Source of the DNA: Mobula hypostoma
Taxonomy: Eukaryota
Direction of reading: 5' to 3'
DNA: 64,000 nucleotides
Assembly (NCBI RefSeq): GCF_963921235.1
Contig: NC_086118.1
Span: 16,308,001 to 16,372,000 of the forward strand
Part shown: positions 62,226 to 64,000 of the stretch, piece after piece
How the letters are laid out: every line of letters begins with the position of its first letter
Position numbering within the stretch: the first letter of the stretch is position 1
Position numbers and translations under genes: made by a program
Notes under the pieces: model-generated
Told to the model about the DNA's origin: nothing
What the model saw: only the letters and a program-made list of their open reading frames with translations
The model's database searches: none

Positions 62226-62421
62226 CGGTTACCCTGCCCTTTTCACTCCCCACCAAGGAAATTAGAATATATACTGACTTGTGGGCAGTGGCTAATGGAA
62301 TGGCTATCTGAATGGTGAGTTGGCAGATGCACCAGTGGACGGTTCATAATAAACCTATCTGGGGCAAGGAATATTGGCAACAGGTACGGCAGGAGGCGCA
62401 AAGGCACAACATTTATGTGTA

Positions 62422-63288
62422 TGTCTGTGAAATCCGCATTCCAGTTCACGGTCTGGTTCATCGATCCTTATTCTAGGTTTTCCCATTTTTCCTTGTTCCA
62501 TTGGGTGCCTTAATGGAGGCACCTGATTCTCATTTTGGGCTGGCACATAAATACCTCTGAAAACCAAGGTTTCCCTGCTGGACTGTTCCTTTCCCCTCCC
62601 TATCCAAATCCCTGACAGTTACCTCGGCAGTTTCCCTCAACAAGTATCCCCGGCAGCCATTCTGGTCCTGCGTACTAGAGGGTCCCGGCCCTGCGCTCCA
62701 AGGAGGGTCCTAGCCCTGCACTCCAAGGAGGGCCCCTGCTCTGTACCCAAGAGCCTAATCAAGCCGAGTCCAAGAACCGAGCCAAACCTAGTCCAAGAGC
62801 CACTTCCTGCTCAGGAAGTTCCTTGTCCGGCCCAGGAGTACCTCGTCTAGTCCAAGCCACGTCCAAGAACCTCATCCTGTCCAAGTCAAGGCTTTGTATT
62901 CTCATCCTGTCCATGTGCCTTGTCCTGTGCAGGAGTTCCACGTCCAGTCCTGTAGCCTAGCCACATCCAGGCCTGTAGCCATGTCTTGTCTTCGCCTTGA
63001 TCCGGGGTCTGCGTCCGAGTCAAGACCCAGGTTCTGGGTCCCTATCCAGTCTCCGGTTCAGAGTCCTAGCCCAGTTTCCTAGTTCCAAGTTCCTACTGTT
63101 CTGGTCCCATTTTCCTAGTTTTAGTCCTAGCCCAGGCCCGGTGTCCTTGTCTCGTCCAGGGCCTGTGTCCTTGTCCAGCATCATTTCTTCCTGAATCCCC
63201 TTGCTTTCTTGATAAACCTTGTCCTGTTCCTAGTACTTCAGTGTCCGTGTCTTGCGTTTGGGTCTGCTCCCAACACCCCCTTATGACA
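62422..63288. mobile_element. Solo LTR (867 bp) inserted in ERV RNase H
   Basis: TGTC...GACA termini; 5-bp TSD GTGTA at 62417-62421 and 63289-63293; removal restores HNIYVYHVNAHQK. Confidence 0.93.
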
Positions 63289-63389
63289 GTGTATCACGTG
63301 AATGCTCACCAAAAGGACATTAGCCTTACGACACTCTACAATAATCAAATAGACGGATTGGCTGCGGTATCTGCTATTACAGTGCCTCT

Positions 63390-63971
63390 AGTTAGTTGGG
63401 CCCACGAACAGTCTGGCCATCTCGGGGAGTGTTGGAGTGTCCTATTTGTCAGCAAATCCAGCCTCGCTCTGTCCCGCGTGGACCTTTCACCCATATTTAG
63501 AGAGGCTCCGTACCGGCTAAAGTATGGCAGATTGATTACATTGGACCCCTGCCCCCACACAAGAATGATAAATATGTGTTGACAATGGTGGACACTTATT
63601 CTGGATTCCTGTTGGCCGGACCCTTTCCTAGTGCCAGTCGGGAGTCCACTATTCGGGGGGTGGAATACCTGATGTCACATTATGGCACACCCCAGGAAAT
63701 ACAGTCAGATAATGGATCCCATTTTATAGGGCAACAGATCCAGGATTGGGCAAAAGAGCGAGGTATTTATTGGGTCCACCATATACCTTATTACCCCCAG
63801 GCAGCTGGCTTGGTTGAACGATTAAATGGACTTTTGAAGCAGCAGATTCGATTGATGACCCCCACCCACACTATGAAAGGATGGCATTCAGTGCTGCAAC
63901 AAATGTTGAACGTTCTGAACAATCGACCACAAACGGGGTTTTCCCCTATTTCCCGTTTGATTCAGACTTGA
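63390..63971 (+). pseudogene. Retroviral integrase (HHCC remnant + DDE core)
   Basis: ORF 63576-63971 plus upstream frameshifted WQIDYIGPLP and HHCC pieces. Confidence 0.9.
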
Positions 63972-64000
63972 TAAAGCCTGTGTATTTTAGAGGGGACTAC

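Larger units (their letters stand above)
60062..64000 (+). mobile_element. Class III (ERV-L-like) endogenous retrovirus: gag C-terminus, protease, RT, RNase H, integrase; frameshifted, continues past the window
   Basis: Pro VHWAKGNDQQFVALADTGAE..IPGDP; RT PYNSPVWPVKKP..MTVDYRQLN, IDWANAFFSIP, QFAFTWNGRQYTFTCLPQGYVHSP, YIDD; YTPFERQLLACYWALVETE; RNase H WFTDG, IYTD, VYHVNAHQ; IN HEQSGH..CPICQ, WQIDYIGPLP, SDNGSHF, AAGLVERLNGLLK. Confidence 0.92.

Overview
Eukaryotic, gene-poor, transposon-saturated vertebrate DNA. The repeat mix (CR1, Rex1/Babar, L1-clade, L2, Penelope, R4/Dong, HERO-like, Gypsy, hAT, Chapaev3) looks like a cartilaginous fish (shark/ray); that is inference from repeat content only. 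I found no supportable host protein-coding gene, rRNA, tRNA or CRISPR array, and nearly all longer ORFs are transposon-derived. Main points: (1) a degraded class III, ERV-L-like endogenous retrovirus (gag end, pro, RT, RNase H, IN; ~59.2-64 kb, running off the window) hit twice by one foreign LTR family; (2) a 3.1-kb minisatellite of 32-bp units with 38-bp variants in a readable higher-order pattern; (3) a four-level TSD-supported nest Rex1 > L1(-) > L1(+) > Penelope hairpin; (4) several Penelope ends carrying decayed minimal hammerhead ribozyme motifs, one with a GIY-YIG endonuclease ending in a 44-bp x5 tandem; (5) a near-intact but 5'-truncated CR1 ORF2; (6) two Gypsy relics, one with a chromodomain and one carrying three nested insertions. 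Family names come from motif recognition by eye, not database searches, and some boundaries are approximate.
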